Positions 1 to 8,028 of a DNA stretch of 64,000 nucleotides are shown piece by piece. Numbering within the stretch: the stretch's first letter is position 1; each line of letters starts with the position of its first letter. Made by a program: the position numbers and the translations under genes. The stretch lies in IMG/VR virus record IMGVR_UViG_3300045988_114702; one strand, 5' to 3'. The notes under the pieces were generated by a model. That model ran no database searches, was not told where the DNA came from, and was given only the letters and a program-made list of their open reading frames with translations. The DNA is from a virus.

Positions 1-74
1 TTCTCCACGAATCCATGCAGAAAACATACATTTTTCTGCCGTATCATTTTTTCTTGCTTCGATTGCGACCTCAT
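1..74 (-). CDS. hypothetical protein, N-terminal part only (runs off left edge)
   Basis: ATG at 74 is preceded by AAGGGTG. The frame is open to position 1 (MRSQSKQEKMIRQKNVCFLHGFVE...). Confidence 0.3.
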   Translation of the reverse strand, partial: MRSQSKQEKMIRQKNVCFLHGFVE

Positions 75-90
75 AGCACGGCACCCTTAT

Positions 91-297
91 TCACTCCTTT
101 CCTGCCCGCCGATTGAAGTACACCGCCGGCGAAACACCGCGTTCATCACAGTCCTTGTTGTTGAAACTGACGATTGCACCGCAGTTTTTCTTATTGGTGC
201 ACCGAACGCATTTCATGCCCGTGACGCTCACGACTTCATAGGTCGGTGCACCGCAGAAAGGGCACTCCCGGCTCTTAGGTTCAATGTGTGCTTTCAT
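91..297 (-). CDS. small zinc-ribbon protein, Lar-like (restriction-alleviation family candidate)
   Basis: 68 aa with CPFCG...C..C motifs. It resembles the Lar-family CPFCG signature. Confidence 0.5.
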   Translation of the reverse strand: MKAHIEPKSRECPFCGAPTYEVVSVTGMKCVRCTNKKNCGAIVSFNNKDCDERGVSPAVYFNRRAGKE

Positions 298-484
298 TTT
301 TCCGTTCCTCTTTGTTCCATTTTTTCAAGGGCGCATAGTATCCGCACATCACGCAACAGACAATTCTGCGATGCTGCCCTAACAGTACGATAAGTTTCGT
401 CGTCGCGCTTCTAAACGGCTTGCCCCATGCCAAAAAGCCGCTCCCGCATTTAGGACACGGGAGAACCGCACCTGTTTTCTCCAT
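281..484 (-). CDS. small zinc-ribbon protein, Lar-like candidate
   Basis: 67 aa with LPCPKCGSG ... CVMCG ... KKWN, the same architecture as its neighbours. Confidence 0.45.
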   Translation of the reverse strand: MEKTGAVLPCPKCGSGFLAWGKPFRSATTKLIVLLGQHRRIVCCVMCGYYAPLKKWNKEERKNESTH

Positions 485-795
485 CAGGATCCTCCCCTGC
501 GCACCGACTTCTTACCATTTCCGGCAAACTTGTCAGGCCGTTCGTCGCTCATGCCTCGGGCCAGCACCAGCGCTCGCTGGTCATTCGGCATCTGGTAGAC
601 ACAGCCAGTCGGAATGTGCATATACAGATCATTCAGCACAGCGCAGGCAATTTCTGCCGTTTCGTACTGACCCAGACGATATACCGCGCCGCCACCCGTA
701 GGAACCGCCTTGATTTCGTGTTCGGGGCTCACATACACGCTGGTGCACTGGGCAATGTTCGTGACAGAGTCCCATTTTTTATTCATGACGTACAT
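484..795 (-). CDS. hypothetical protein
   Basis: ORF 484..816. I prefer the ATG at 795, which is preceded by GGAGGA. Confidence 0.55.
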   Translation of the reverse strand: MYVMNKKWDSVTNIAQCTSVYVSPEHEIKAVPTGGGAVYRLGQYETAEIACAVLNDLYMHIPTGCVYQMPNDQRALVLARGMSDERPDKFAGNGKKSVRRGGS

Positions 796-1343
796 TCTGT
801 ATCCTCCACATAGCACCAGCTCTGGGGTGCCCTTTTGACTTTGAGCGGTTCAAAACAGCATCCCGTCTGTAACAGCCGCGTGTATGTTTCCAGCGGTTTC
901 GGGTGGTCATAAATCTTCAATTCCGAAATATGCCACGCCCAGCCTTGACCGTGCAGATATTCCCATATCTGATCTCTGTTCATGCACGCCTGCTGCTCAA
1001 AATCATCCGGGGTGTGATTCAGCGGGGCAACTTCATAGATTTTGTCGCAGACAAATTCGCCAACGACCATCTGCGTTTTGCCACGAACACTGTCCGGCAG
1101 CAGCTTATCGAACTTTACAAATACAGGATTTCCATGGTGGATTTCACCATCCATCGTTTCTTCGCCGTCTTTGAAAATGGTGATAAGCCGTTGCGGTGCT
1201 TTTGTGCAGTAGATGTACACTTTGAACGGTTTTCCTTTTCCATAAAGATGCTTCGGATAATTTTTCCGAATCTCCATGGTTTTCTTGCCCTGCAAGATGA
1301 GGTCGCACCATTCCGGCCGGATGCTCAAAAGAACTGCTTTCAC
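783..1343 (-). CDS. ASCH (PUA-like) domain protein
   Basis: The N-terminus MKAVLLSIRPEWCDLILQGKKTMEIRKN matches the ASCH signature. Confidence 0.7.
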   Translation of the reverse strand: MKAVLLSIRPEWCDLILQGKKTMEIRKNYPKHLYGKGKPFKVYIYCTKAPQRLITIFKDGEETMDGEIHHGNPVFVKFDKLLPDSVRGKTQMVVGEFVCDKIYEVAPLNHTPDDFEQQACMNRDQIWEYLHGQGWAWHISELKIYDHPKPLETYTRLLQTGCCFEPLKVKRAPQSWCYVEDTECTS

Positions 1344-1585
1344 TTTCCGTCAACCTCCGCGCACGCCCTGCGGCAGGGTTCGCACTTTTTGTACGGCTCT
1401 TCGAGCCAGCAGTTGAACAGCAGGCACTTCGGCTTCCTGTATTCAGGCGGAGCCTTGTTTCCGTGAGTTTGGGTGCGTAGTGCATAGTATTTGCATGCCT
1501 CTTTTCCCCAAAAGTCACCACCGAAGGTACACTTTTCACGCCCCGGTGAAACCTCATGCTCAACCATGATTTTCTTATATGCCAT
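1340..1585 (-). CDS. Cys-rich hypothetical protein
   Basis: 81-aa ORF that overlaps its neighbour by 4 nt. Confidence 0.5.
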   Translation of the reverse strand: MAYKKIMVEHEVSPGREKCTFGGDFWGKEACKYYALRTQTHGNKAPPEYRKPKCLLFNCWLEEPYKKCEPCRRACAEVDGK

Positions 1586-1594
1586 CTCTTAGCC

Positions 1595-1906
1595 TCACAC
1601 TTCCCAGTCTTCAGGACAGCCCAAAACACATTCGCCATCTCCGTTATCACTGGTCGGTCTATCAAAGCAGCAGCCCTCACAGCCATCAGTGCGAGATTTG
1701 CAATGGTTCCTTATGGCGATTGCCATATCAACGGGATCCACCAATAAAGCGCTATGTGCTTCCTCATCGGTACCCACCTTGCGCAGAATCTCGCAGGTCT
1801 CTTTCATGCCTTGCCGATTTTTGCAATGAATGACTACGTCGTAGGTGTCATCGTACAGCTCAAATTCGCCATCATCATTGCGTATAAGTAAGATTTCTTT
1901 GCTCAT
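1595..1906 (-). CDS. hypothetical protein
   Basis: 103-aa ORF that overlaps the upstream gene by 4 nt. Confidence 0.55.
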   Translation of the reverse strand: MSKEILLIRNDDGEFELYDDTYDVVIHCKNRQGMKETCEILRKVGTDEEAHSALLVDPVDMAIAIRNHCKSRTDGCEGCCFDRPTSDNGDGECVLGCPEDWEV

Positions 1907-2319
1907 TGTTCATCCTCCAAATAGGGCTTTGGCGGTTTAGGAATCGGCATCCAAATAGGATATATGTCCGGCGCCCTTTTTACATAAAGCCATCCCTTGT
2001 TTGTAACAAATCCTTCAAGGCTGGCATCCAAAACAAGAACATCACCATACTGGTTCCCGTCTTTTTCCACAGGTGGTTCCTCTTCGGTCTTACGCCAGCG
2101 CAGGCTATCTTCTTTTCTATGGTTCCAACTATCAGCCTCCTCCAGCGCAAGAGAAAACCCAAATCCAAGCGGACACTTGGAATCATCCGGGTGCGCCCAA
2201 TAGCCGCGCTCGATTTCTCCAATTTTCTTTCCATCGACCGTTGTGACCTCACGGGTACTAATAAAAGGCTTGAGCTTTACGCCACAGAACGGGCAAGGTT
2301 TTAACGTTTCTCTTGCCAT
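1903..2319 (-). CDS. Lar-family (restriction alleviation) N-terminal domain protein with C-terminal extension
   Basis: LKPCPFCG ... CPLGF ... ADSWNHRK resembles the Lar family. Confidence 0.6.
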   Translation of the reverse strand: MARETLKPCPFCGVKLKPFISTREVTTVDGKKIGEIERGYWAHPDDSKCPLGFGFSLALEEADSWNHRKEDSLRWRKTEEEPPVEKDGNQYGDVLVLDASLEGFVTNKGWLYVKRAPDIYPIWMPIPKPPKPYLEDEQ

Positions 2320-2322
2320 TGC

Positions 2323-2835
2323 TCATGCCCCCTTTGGAAGGAGTGTCATATCATAGCCACTTTCCACGAACTTCACGCAGAGGTCATGCTTAATTCCGTT
2401 GCCAAGATAGGTGTAGATGTCCGCCATTTCCTCCCACGTAAAATTCGTACCCAGCAGCTTGTTGATGCCCTCAAAGTGGAGTTTTCTTTCCTTCGGAGAA
2501 ATGCCCTTAATTGCTGTGCGCGTAAGCCACTCCAGAATTTTTGCTTTCAGCTGGGTTTCATCGCTCACATCTCCCAGCCTGAAACAGGAATTGCTTCTCA
2601 GGCTGAAAATGAGCTCATTTTGCATATTCACGAACGACTGCGGAAACGCCGCCTGAATTTTCCTCGCCCACATGGTATCGAAAATGTTGAACCTTTCTAC
2701 ACCGCCTGTGGCTTCCGGCTCTTCTTTGGCAAGATAATCAATTGTATTTTCGACATCTGCCAGCGTGTGAATATGTCCCAGTGAACCTTCCATGCTCAGC
2801 ACGGCCTTCAGCTGGTCAGCGTTAAGTGTTCTCAT
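2323..2835 (-). CDS. hypothetical protein
   Basis: 170-aa ORF, tightly packed in the operon. Confidence 0.6.
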   Translation of the reverse strand: MRTLNADQLKAVLSMEGSLGHIHTLADVENTIDYLAKEEPEATGGVERFNIFDTMWARKIQAAFPQSFVNMQNELIFSLRSNSCFRLGDVSDETQLKAKILEWLTRTAIKGISPKERKLHFEGINKLLGTNFTWEEMADIYTYLGNGIKHDLCVKFVESGYDMTLLPKGA

Positions 2836-3248
2836 TTTTTCGCTACCTCCTTTGCAGGCGCAGGCATCTCAGCCCACGCAATGATGTGGCCTCCAATGCT
2901 CTCATAACTATCCAGCCATTCCCCGTCTGTCGTATGGGACGTGGTCGTATATCGCTCTCCACCGGGGAACTCGACAGTTACAAGCACTTCATCCGACATG
3001 GTTTCAAACATCCCAAACCTCCACTGCTCAGTGTCCTTGAACTTTGCAAACCAAGATTCATGCTCAGGCGGCTTCCCAGTGCGCCAGTTCAGGCAGCTTG
3101 CAGGGTCAACAGCAGGGGCATTCTGAATCATCTCCGCGATGGCATCAGCTGTGCTGCTGTGATGGCCAAGCGCAGAGCCATTCTGCAAGCCCATGCTTGA
3201 GACCTTGTCGTACAGATCATCTGCGTAAATCAGTTTTTTCTCACTCAT
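2832..3248 (-). CDS. DUF551-like protein
   Basis: The start at 3248 forms an ATGA overlap with the upstream stop. The C-terminus is AWAEMPAPAKEVAKK. Confidence 0.5.
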   Translation of the reverse strand: MSEKKLIYADDLYDKVSSMGLQNGSALGHHSSTADAIAEMIQNAPAVDPASCLNWRTGKPPEHESWFAKFKDTEQWRFGMFETMSDEVLVTVEFPGGERYTTTSHTTDGEWLDSYESIGGHIIAWAEMPAPAKEVAKK

Positions 3249-3712
3249 TTTTTTGCTACCCCCTTCGGCGGCAAAGGCATCCACCCAACCACGGGAGAAT
3301 CCACACGGTTATTGTAAACGTCATCCGGGTTGAAATAACGATATTCCCACCAGCCTTTAGGGATAAAGTAATCATCGCTTTCTTCATCGTAGGTTCCCCA
3401 CTCGAAAATTTCTTCCCAGTAGAAAGCGCTCTTTTCGGACAAGACTGTGCCATCTTCGTAGTGAGCCGTCGTAATCCCATATCCACCGCAGGCGGTTTCA
3501 AACAGAATCAGCACATCCTCTTCGACTTTCGGGGGATTTGCTTCGGGATTTCGCCATTCCGGCCACAGGCTTACCGTGGACGCAGCCGCCACTGTTTTCT
3601 GAGCGTCTTTATAAGCCGCGCTGGCCGCAGCACTGTGTCCCTGCATCAAGCATTCCTTGCGGAAGAACCTCGCCATCAGGTCATTAGCATCAATCGGCCT
3701 TTTCTCGGTCAT
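3245..3712 (-). CDS. DUF551-like protein
   Basis: The C-terminal GWMPLPPKGVAKK is typical of DUF551 phage proteins. Confidence 0.6.
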   Translation of the reverse strand: MTEKRPIDANDLMARFFRKECLMQGHSAAASAAYKDAQKTVAAASTVSLWPEWRNPEANPPKVEEDVLILFETACGGYGITTAHYEDGTVLSEKSAFYWEEIFEWGTYDEESDDYFIPKGWWEYRYFNPDDVYNNRVDSPVVGWMPLPPKGVAKK

Positions 3713-4022
3713 CGTTGCCGCCCTCCCTTACCTGTTTCATCAGCTCTGCAGCATTGATAACAACGCCATCGGTTCTCTCATACACTGTGCGAGCCAGTTC
3801 TTTGCCTTTATCGTCAATAGTGCTCTCAAAGGCATTGGCGGTAACTCGTAGGGCTGCAATTACAAAGGGAAGATCAATGTAGCAGTAGTCCTGGGAAACT
3901 TTGCTAATTTTACCAACAATATCGGTGAGCGCTTCACCAATGACGTTGAACGCTTCATCCGTCTTTCCTGCCAGCAATGCAGCTGAAACCCGAACCGCAT
4001 AGGGGATTTTCTTCTTATCCAT
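3690..4022 (-). CDS. hypothetical protein
   Basis: ATG at 4022 is preceded by GAGGAGGAAAACG. Confidence 0.55.
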   Translation of the reverse strand: MDKKKIPYAVRVSAALLAGKTDEAFNVIGEALTDIVGKISKVSQDYCYIDLPFVIAALRVTANAFESTIDDKGKELARTVYERTDGVVINAAELMKQVREGGNDDREKAD

Positions 4023-4266
4023 CGTTTTCCTCCTCATAAATGCCGAGCGTCATATCCAGTTCATACGGCGTATCTCCTGCGGCATCCCTATCCGGCTCAA
4101 GTTCTACGTTTAACGTCTTGTCCTTTACCGAGATGGTGAGTGCACCGTTATTGAGTTTCACAGTGAAACTATCGCCATCGTTCAGTTTTTTGCCATCAGC
4201 CGCGTACAGCTCAAACGCAGCCTTGACCACGTCATTTACGCTGTCCATCAGACCTCTTTCACCCAT
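4015..4266 (-). CDS. hypothetical acidic protein
   Basis: 83-aa ORF in the operon. Confidence 0.55.
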   Translation of the reverse strand: MGERGLMDSVNDVVKAAFELYAADGKKLNDGDSFTVKLNNGALTISVKDKTLNVELEPDRDAAGDTPYELDMTLGIYEEENDG

Positions 4267-4444
4267 TAGAAATCACCTTCATCTTCACCACATTGAATTT
4301 TTCATACTCCGGGTAGCAAGCTCTGGCCATCGCCTTAGCTCGTACAGCAGCACGCCTAATGCCCTTTTCATCGACAACAACGCACGGCAGGAGCGCAGAG
4401 CCACGTTTCCCGGATGCTGCGATAAGCATCTCATACTTTGCCAT
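4259..4444 (-). CDS. hypothetical protein
   Basis: 61-aa ORF in the operon. Confidence 0.5.
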   Translation of the reverse strand: MAKYEMLIAASGKRGSALLPCVVVDEKGIRRAAVRAKAMARACYPEYEKFNVVKMKVISNG

Positions 4445-4577
4445 CGTCTCGTCCTTTCTCCGATTTCGGCGGGTGTGCTTCGCTCTGGCGGTCTATATCA
4501 CCATCCACGCAGCACGCCGCATAAATCAGAAGTGCAGCCATCACCGCCAGAACCACCAGCACAATCCAAAGCCACAT
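4431..4577 (-). CDS. small single-pass membrane protein (48 aa, below ORF-track cutoff)
   Basis: ATG at 4577 follows GGAGGGTG. The product is MWLWIVLVVLAVMAALLIYAACC..., and the stop overlaps the next start. Confidence 0.45.
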   Translation of the reverse strand: MWLWIVLVVLAVMAALLIYAACCVDGDIDRQSEAHPPKSEKGRDDGKV

Positions 4578-4583
4578 TTTGCA

Positions 4584-5138
4584 TCACCCTCCCAGAAGAT
4601 TTTTCATCATATACCCGGCCATAGCCTGTGCATATGCCTGTTTAGGAACGTCCGCCGCACCATTCTCTTCCAGCAGCTCTTTGATGCTGTGTTCGCGTCC
4701 TGCGCCATCAATGGCCCGAACTCTGGTACTGCCGCGATTGACCGTCACCGTTTTCTTATCGCGCGGGTGGATGCCGAACGGAAGCTGGAAACCTTTCTCA
4801 AACACCCAGAGGTGATAGCAGTCGCAGACGTCCACCAGCCGGTCCTGCGTTGGGAACACTTCGACGGCAACTCGCTTCTCGCCGAACAGGTCGTTCTTAA
4901 TTTCCATCTTGACGGCCCACGGGATATCCCCGCTGCCGTCACTCCGGCCAACGCCCTCTGCCGCCGTAATCGTGACGTGTTCGACCTTGCCCCATTCCGT
5001 GCGGAGCAAACGAGACATCACGCTGTACTTCTGGTCTTCGCTGATCCATGCCCGATCCATCTCCCTCATCCAGCCGTGATAAGGTACTCCCAGCTCTTCA
5101 GCTGCCTGTTTCGGGGTAATCGTCTCAATCCACTTCAT
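4584..5138 (-). CDS. hypothetical protein
   Basis: 184-aa ORF. Confidence 0.6.
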   Translation of the reverse strand: MKWIETITPKQAAEELGVPYHGWMREMDRAWISEDQKYSVMSRLLRTEWGKVEHVTITAAEGVGRSDGSGDIPWAVKMEIKNDLFGEKRVAVEVFPTQDRLVDVCDCYHLWVFEKGFQLPFGIHPRDKKTVTVNRGSTRVRAIDGAGREHSIKELLEENGAADVPKQAYAQAMAGYMMKNLLGG

Positions 5139-5142
5139 GTTA

Positions 5143-5583
5143 CTACTCCTTTCCAGTGCTCATGCCCATCAGCTCCGGCGTATCAACTACATTTCCAACC
5201 ACCTTTGCGGTCAGAACCAGGCTTGCAAGACCATGCTCGACAAGCTCCTTTCGGTTCTCCGAAAATTCCGCGTAGAAACCAATATGGCCTACGCCGTAGT
5301 CGATGTATTCGCCGTATCTTACGGCAAAAATCACATCTTTTCCGCATCGATCGTCTTCCAAAATGTCCCCCTCAAAAACAGGTACCCCGTTTTCGTCCGT
5401 CAGAGTTGTGTTCATACCGATCGTAAAAGGCTTGACCAGATGGGCGTATGCCGGCTCTTGCTCGGAGTTGATGTACCAGCCCTCGCCCGGGCGGCTGTTT
5501 TTCACACCTGGGGAGCGAATCAGGAATCCTTCATGCCAAACGCCATCTGCAGACTGCCCGCGAAAAGTTCTATCCTGCATCAT
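5143..5583 (-). CDS. YopX family protein
   Basis: FRGQ..GVWHEG, DENGVPVFEGDIL and VVGNVVDTPELM fit the YopX pattern. Confidence 0.7.
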   Translation of the reverse strand: MMQDRTFRGQSADGVWHEGFLIRSPGVKNSRPGEGWYINSEQEPAYAHLVKPFTIGMNTTLTDENGVPVFEGDILEDDRCGKDVIFAVRYGEYIDYGVGHIGFYAEFSENRKELVEHGLASLVLTAKVVGNVVDTPELMGMSTGKE

Positions 5584-6686
5584 GCTTCACCCCTTACCTT
5601 AACGGGAAGCACCAGCGCTTCATACTGCGGTTCAATCAGCTTTACAGGGGACAGCGGCCCAACTACCCATGCGCTGACTTCGTCCTCTTCCATCGACTTC
5701 AAAGCCTCGCTCAGGAATTCAAGGTTGAAGCCGATTCGCAAGGGGTCTTCCAACTTTCCGCTAAAGGAAAACTCCTCATTCATTTGCGCGATCGTGCTGC
5801 GCATTGATGCTCTGCCGGTGCCGCCGGGCTCCAGGTCCATTACCAGAACGCTCTTTTCTTTTGCGTCTGCAGACCGGGCCAGCTTGACGCGACCCAGAAC
5901 GCCCAGCAGTTCTTTTCTGTCAAGCGCAATTCGGGTTCCTTCATTTCTCTGGGCCACAACCTTACCATAGTCCAGAAACGGCTCCGCAATCAGGCGGGAC
6001 TTCACCTCGAAATTGCTGTCACTGAAAACAGCCTTTTTCCGGTCACGCACAATTTCCACGCTACCATCCATAGAAAGCGTATCAACTGCCTTTGCCGTGG
6101 CCGCAGGAAGCGTAAAGCGAAAATCACCATCAGCTGTGCAATTGATTCTGGCAATCGCCATCCGGTATCCATCCAGCGCACAGATTTCCAGCACATCCTC
6201 GCCTTTCCGAGAGAAGCACAGGCCACGGTGCGCAGGGTGTTTATCGTCCTTCGACACCGCATAGAGGACTTTGGAGATTGCCCAGCTTAAATCGTTGGCC
6301 CCCACGATACACCGCTTTGCATCATTGCCCGGGCCAGAAAACTCCGGGTAGTTCTCTGCCGGCGTTGTGTTCAGGCGTGCCCTGGCCGTGCCGGATTTCA
6401 CGGTAAGGATTCCTTTATCGGCCTCGATGCTGATTTCCGGTGCTACCGTGCCGCTGATAAAATCAACACCGCGCGGTGGAACCACCACATCCTGCTCAAC
6501 CGGCTTGGACAGACCAGCACGGACGCTCAGTTCCAGATTGGTGGCGTATGCATTGGAGCCGCTCAACAGGATTCCTGCATCATCGGTGCCCACCGCCCGA
6601 ACCTCCGGCACCGCCGTGCGCAACTTGGAAAACAGCGCTCCAAGTTCGCTTCGCTCAAACTTCATCTTCCTTTTCTCCTTTCTCAA
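5580..6686 (-). CDS. dnaN: DNA polymerase III beta sliding clamp-like protein
   Basis: About 360 aa with three-domain clamp-like periodicity and an AENYPEF-type motif. The start could instead be the MKFERSEL Met at 6665. Confidence 0.6.
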   Translation of the reverse strand: MRKEKRKMKFERSELGALFSKLRTAVPEVRAVGTDDAGILLSGSNAYATNLELSVRAGLSKPVEQDVVVPPRGVDFISGTVAPEISIEADKGILTVKSGTARARLNTTPAENYPEFSGPGNDAKRCIVGANDLSWAISKVLYAVSKDDKHPAHRGLCFSRKGEDVLEICALDGYRMAIARINCTADGDFRFTLPAATAKAVDTLSMDGSVEIVRDRKKAVFSDSNFEVKSRLIAEPFLDYGKVVAQRNEGTRIALDRKELLGVLGRVKLARSADAKEKSVLVMDLEPGGTGRASMRSTIAQMNEEFSFSGKLEDPLRIGFNLEFLSEALKSMEEDEVSAWVVGPLSPVKLIEPQYEALVLPVKVRGEA

Positions 6687-7644
6687 AGTGCTTCATGCTG
6701 AATTTCACATAGCATTCAGGGCACATATAAGCCACCCGCTCCGGGTTATCACCACGCTTTCTGCGCAGGAGCAGGGCGTACATTTCTTTCATGGGCTGGT
6801 ATTTGCCACAGACCGTGCAGTGCTCCCACAAACGACTTTTCTGCACATCAGATGGAATTCTCTGAAGGAGGGGCTGCGGCTTCTCTCGCCGCATACTCTG
6901 AACGCCAACCACGTTTTCCATGCTACTTCGCATGAACACCGGCGTTCCAGCTGCATCTGCCGATGTCAGAATATCCTGTATCCATCCAGCCTTTGGAATA
7001 ACCTTTCCGGCATTTTGGCCTGTCTCCGCTCCAATAACTGCCCATTTCAGCTTTCGGAACGTTTTTGTTGCATCGCCTTCAAACGGTCCGAGAAGCGGCT
7101 CTATGGCTACGAACGTATTATACTTTTCGTTTGCCCACACACTGTCTGACAGAATCGTTGCGGTAGAGCCGTACCAGAAATTGTTTTTCTGTGGAAGTGC
7201 CCCATGGTTTGCAAGGTTCTGATATCTCACCGGGTACTGCGTCAAGAAAATGTACTGGTGCTGGGGTGCCATTTCGGCCGCAGCGAATACCTGAAGAATC
7301 CAATCTTCCGGCACCCACGGACCAAACAAGTCGCCGTCCGTGCATACCATGATGGTTGAGCCCACTTTGACCTTTTGTGGCCAATCCATGCGATACTTAT
7401 GTATCGTGGGCATAAATCCGGTTGGGTTGTTCAGAAAGCGGTTATTTGTGGTTTCCCATGGAGCGTCCAGCTCAAAGAGGTTCGCTCCGACCTGCTGAAC
7501 CTTCGGACGTTCTGCAAGATTTCGTCTCCAGTCGCTGGCAAAGCGTAAAGCGCTCTTTTTTGCGTAGCAATATCGGCAGTCTTTCAGACATCCTGTTACA
7601 GGATTCCATGCGTAATCCGCCAATTCGTTTTTTGTTCTGTTCAC
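6655..7644 (-). CDS. phage Gp37/Gp68 family (DUF5131) protein with C-terminal zinc ribbon
   Basis: The N-terminal WNPVTGCLKDCRYCYAK is the family signature. CTVCG...CPEC lies at the C-terminus. Confidence 0.7.
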   Translation of the reverse strand: MNRTKNELADYAWNPVTGCLKDCRYCYAKKSALRFASDWRRNLAERPKVQQVGANLFELDAPWETTNNRFLNNPTGFMPTIHKYRMDWPQKVKVGSTIMVCTDGDLFGPWVPEDWILQVFAAAEMAPQHQYIFLTQYPVRYQNLANHGALPQKNNFWYGSTATILSDSVWANEKYNTFVAIEPLLGPFEGDATKTFRKLKWAVIGAETGQNAGKVIPKAGWIQDILTSADAAGTPVFMRSSMENVVGVQSMRREKPQPLLQRIPSDVQKSRLWEHCTVCGKYQPMKEMYALLLRRKRGDNPERVAYMCPECYVKFSMKHFEKGEKEDEV

Positions 7645-7841
7645 CGATAGATCCTCCCCGACTGGCTGTCGATCAGGACAATGCGCTCTGCAATCTCAAA
7701 CCCTGCGGCATCTGCCACATACCGCAGAACGTGAATAAGATCATGCACCCGTTTCTCGTCCTTCTGGATGTTATTTTCGGCACGCGCCCGGGTGGGGTCC
7801 GGCGCACCGCTGGGGTTGTGTCCTTTGCGGGTATCAGGCAT
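7641..7841 (-). CDS. hypothetical protein
   Basis: 66-aa ORF with a 4-nt overlap. Confidence 0.5.
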   Translation of the reverse strand: MPDTRKGHNPSGAPDPTRARAENNIQKDEKRVHDLIHVLRYVADAAGFEIAERIVLIDSQSGRIYR

Positions 7842-8028
7842 TGCTATCCCCCTTGTCCAGAATCATATAGTACTCGTACTGGGTGCCCGGGTTGGCGTTT
7901 GGACGGCGGCGCACGATGTCAACCCGATACCCCGCTTTCAAGAGCAGCCGTCCCAACTCTAAGCGTTCATCTTCCGAGAGTCCTTTTGCCTTAGACGGCG
8001 CAAGGGAAAGTTCGATTTTAGCCAACAC
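7834..8028 (-). CDS. hypothetical protein
   Basis: 64-aa ORF in the operon. Confidence 0.5.
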   Translation of the reverse strand: MLAKIELSLAPSKAKGLSEDERLELGRLLLKAGYRVDIVRRRPNANPGTQYEYYMILDKGDSNA

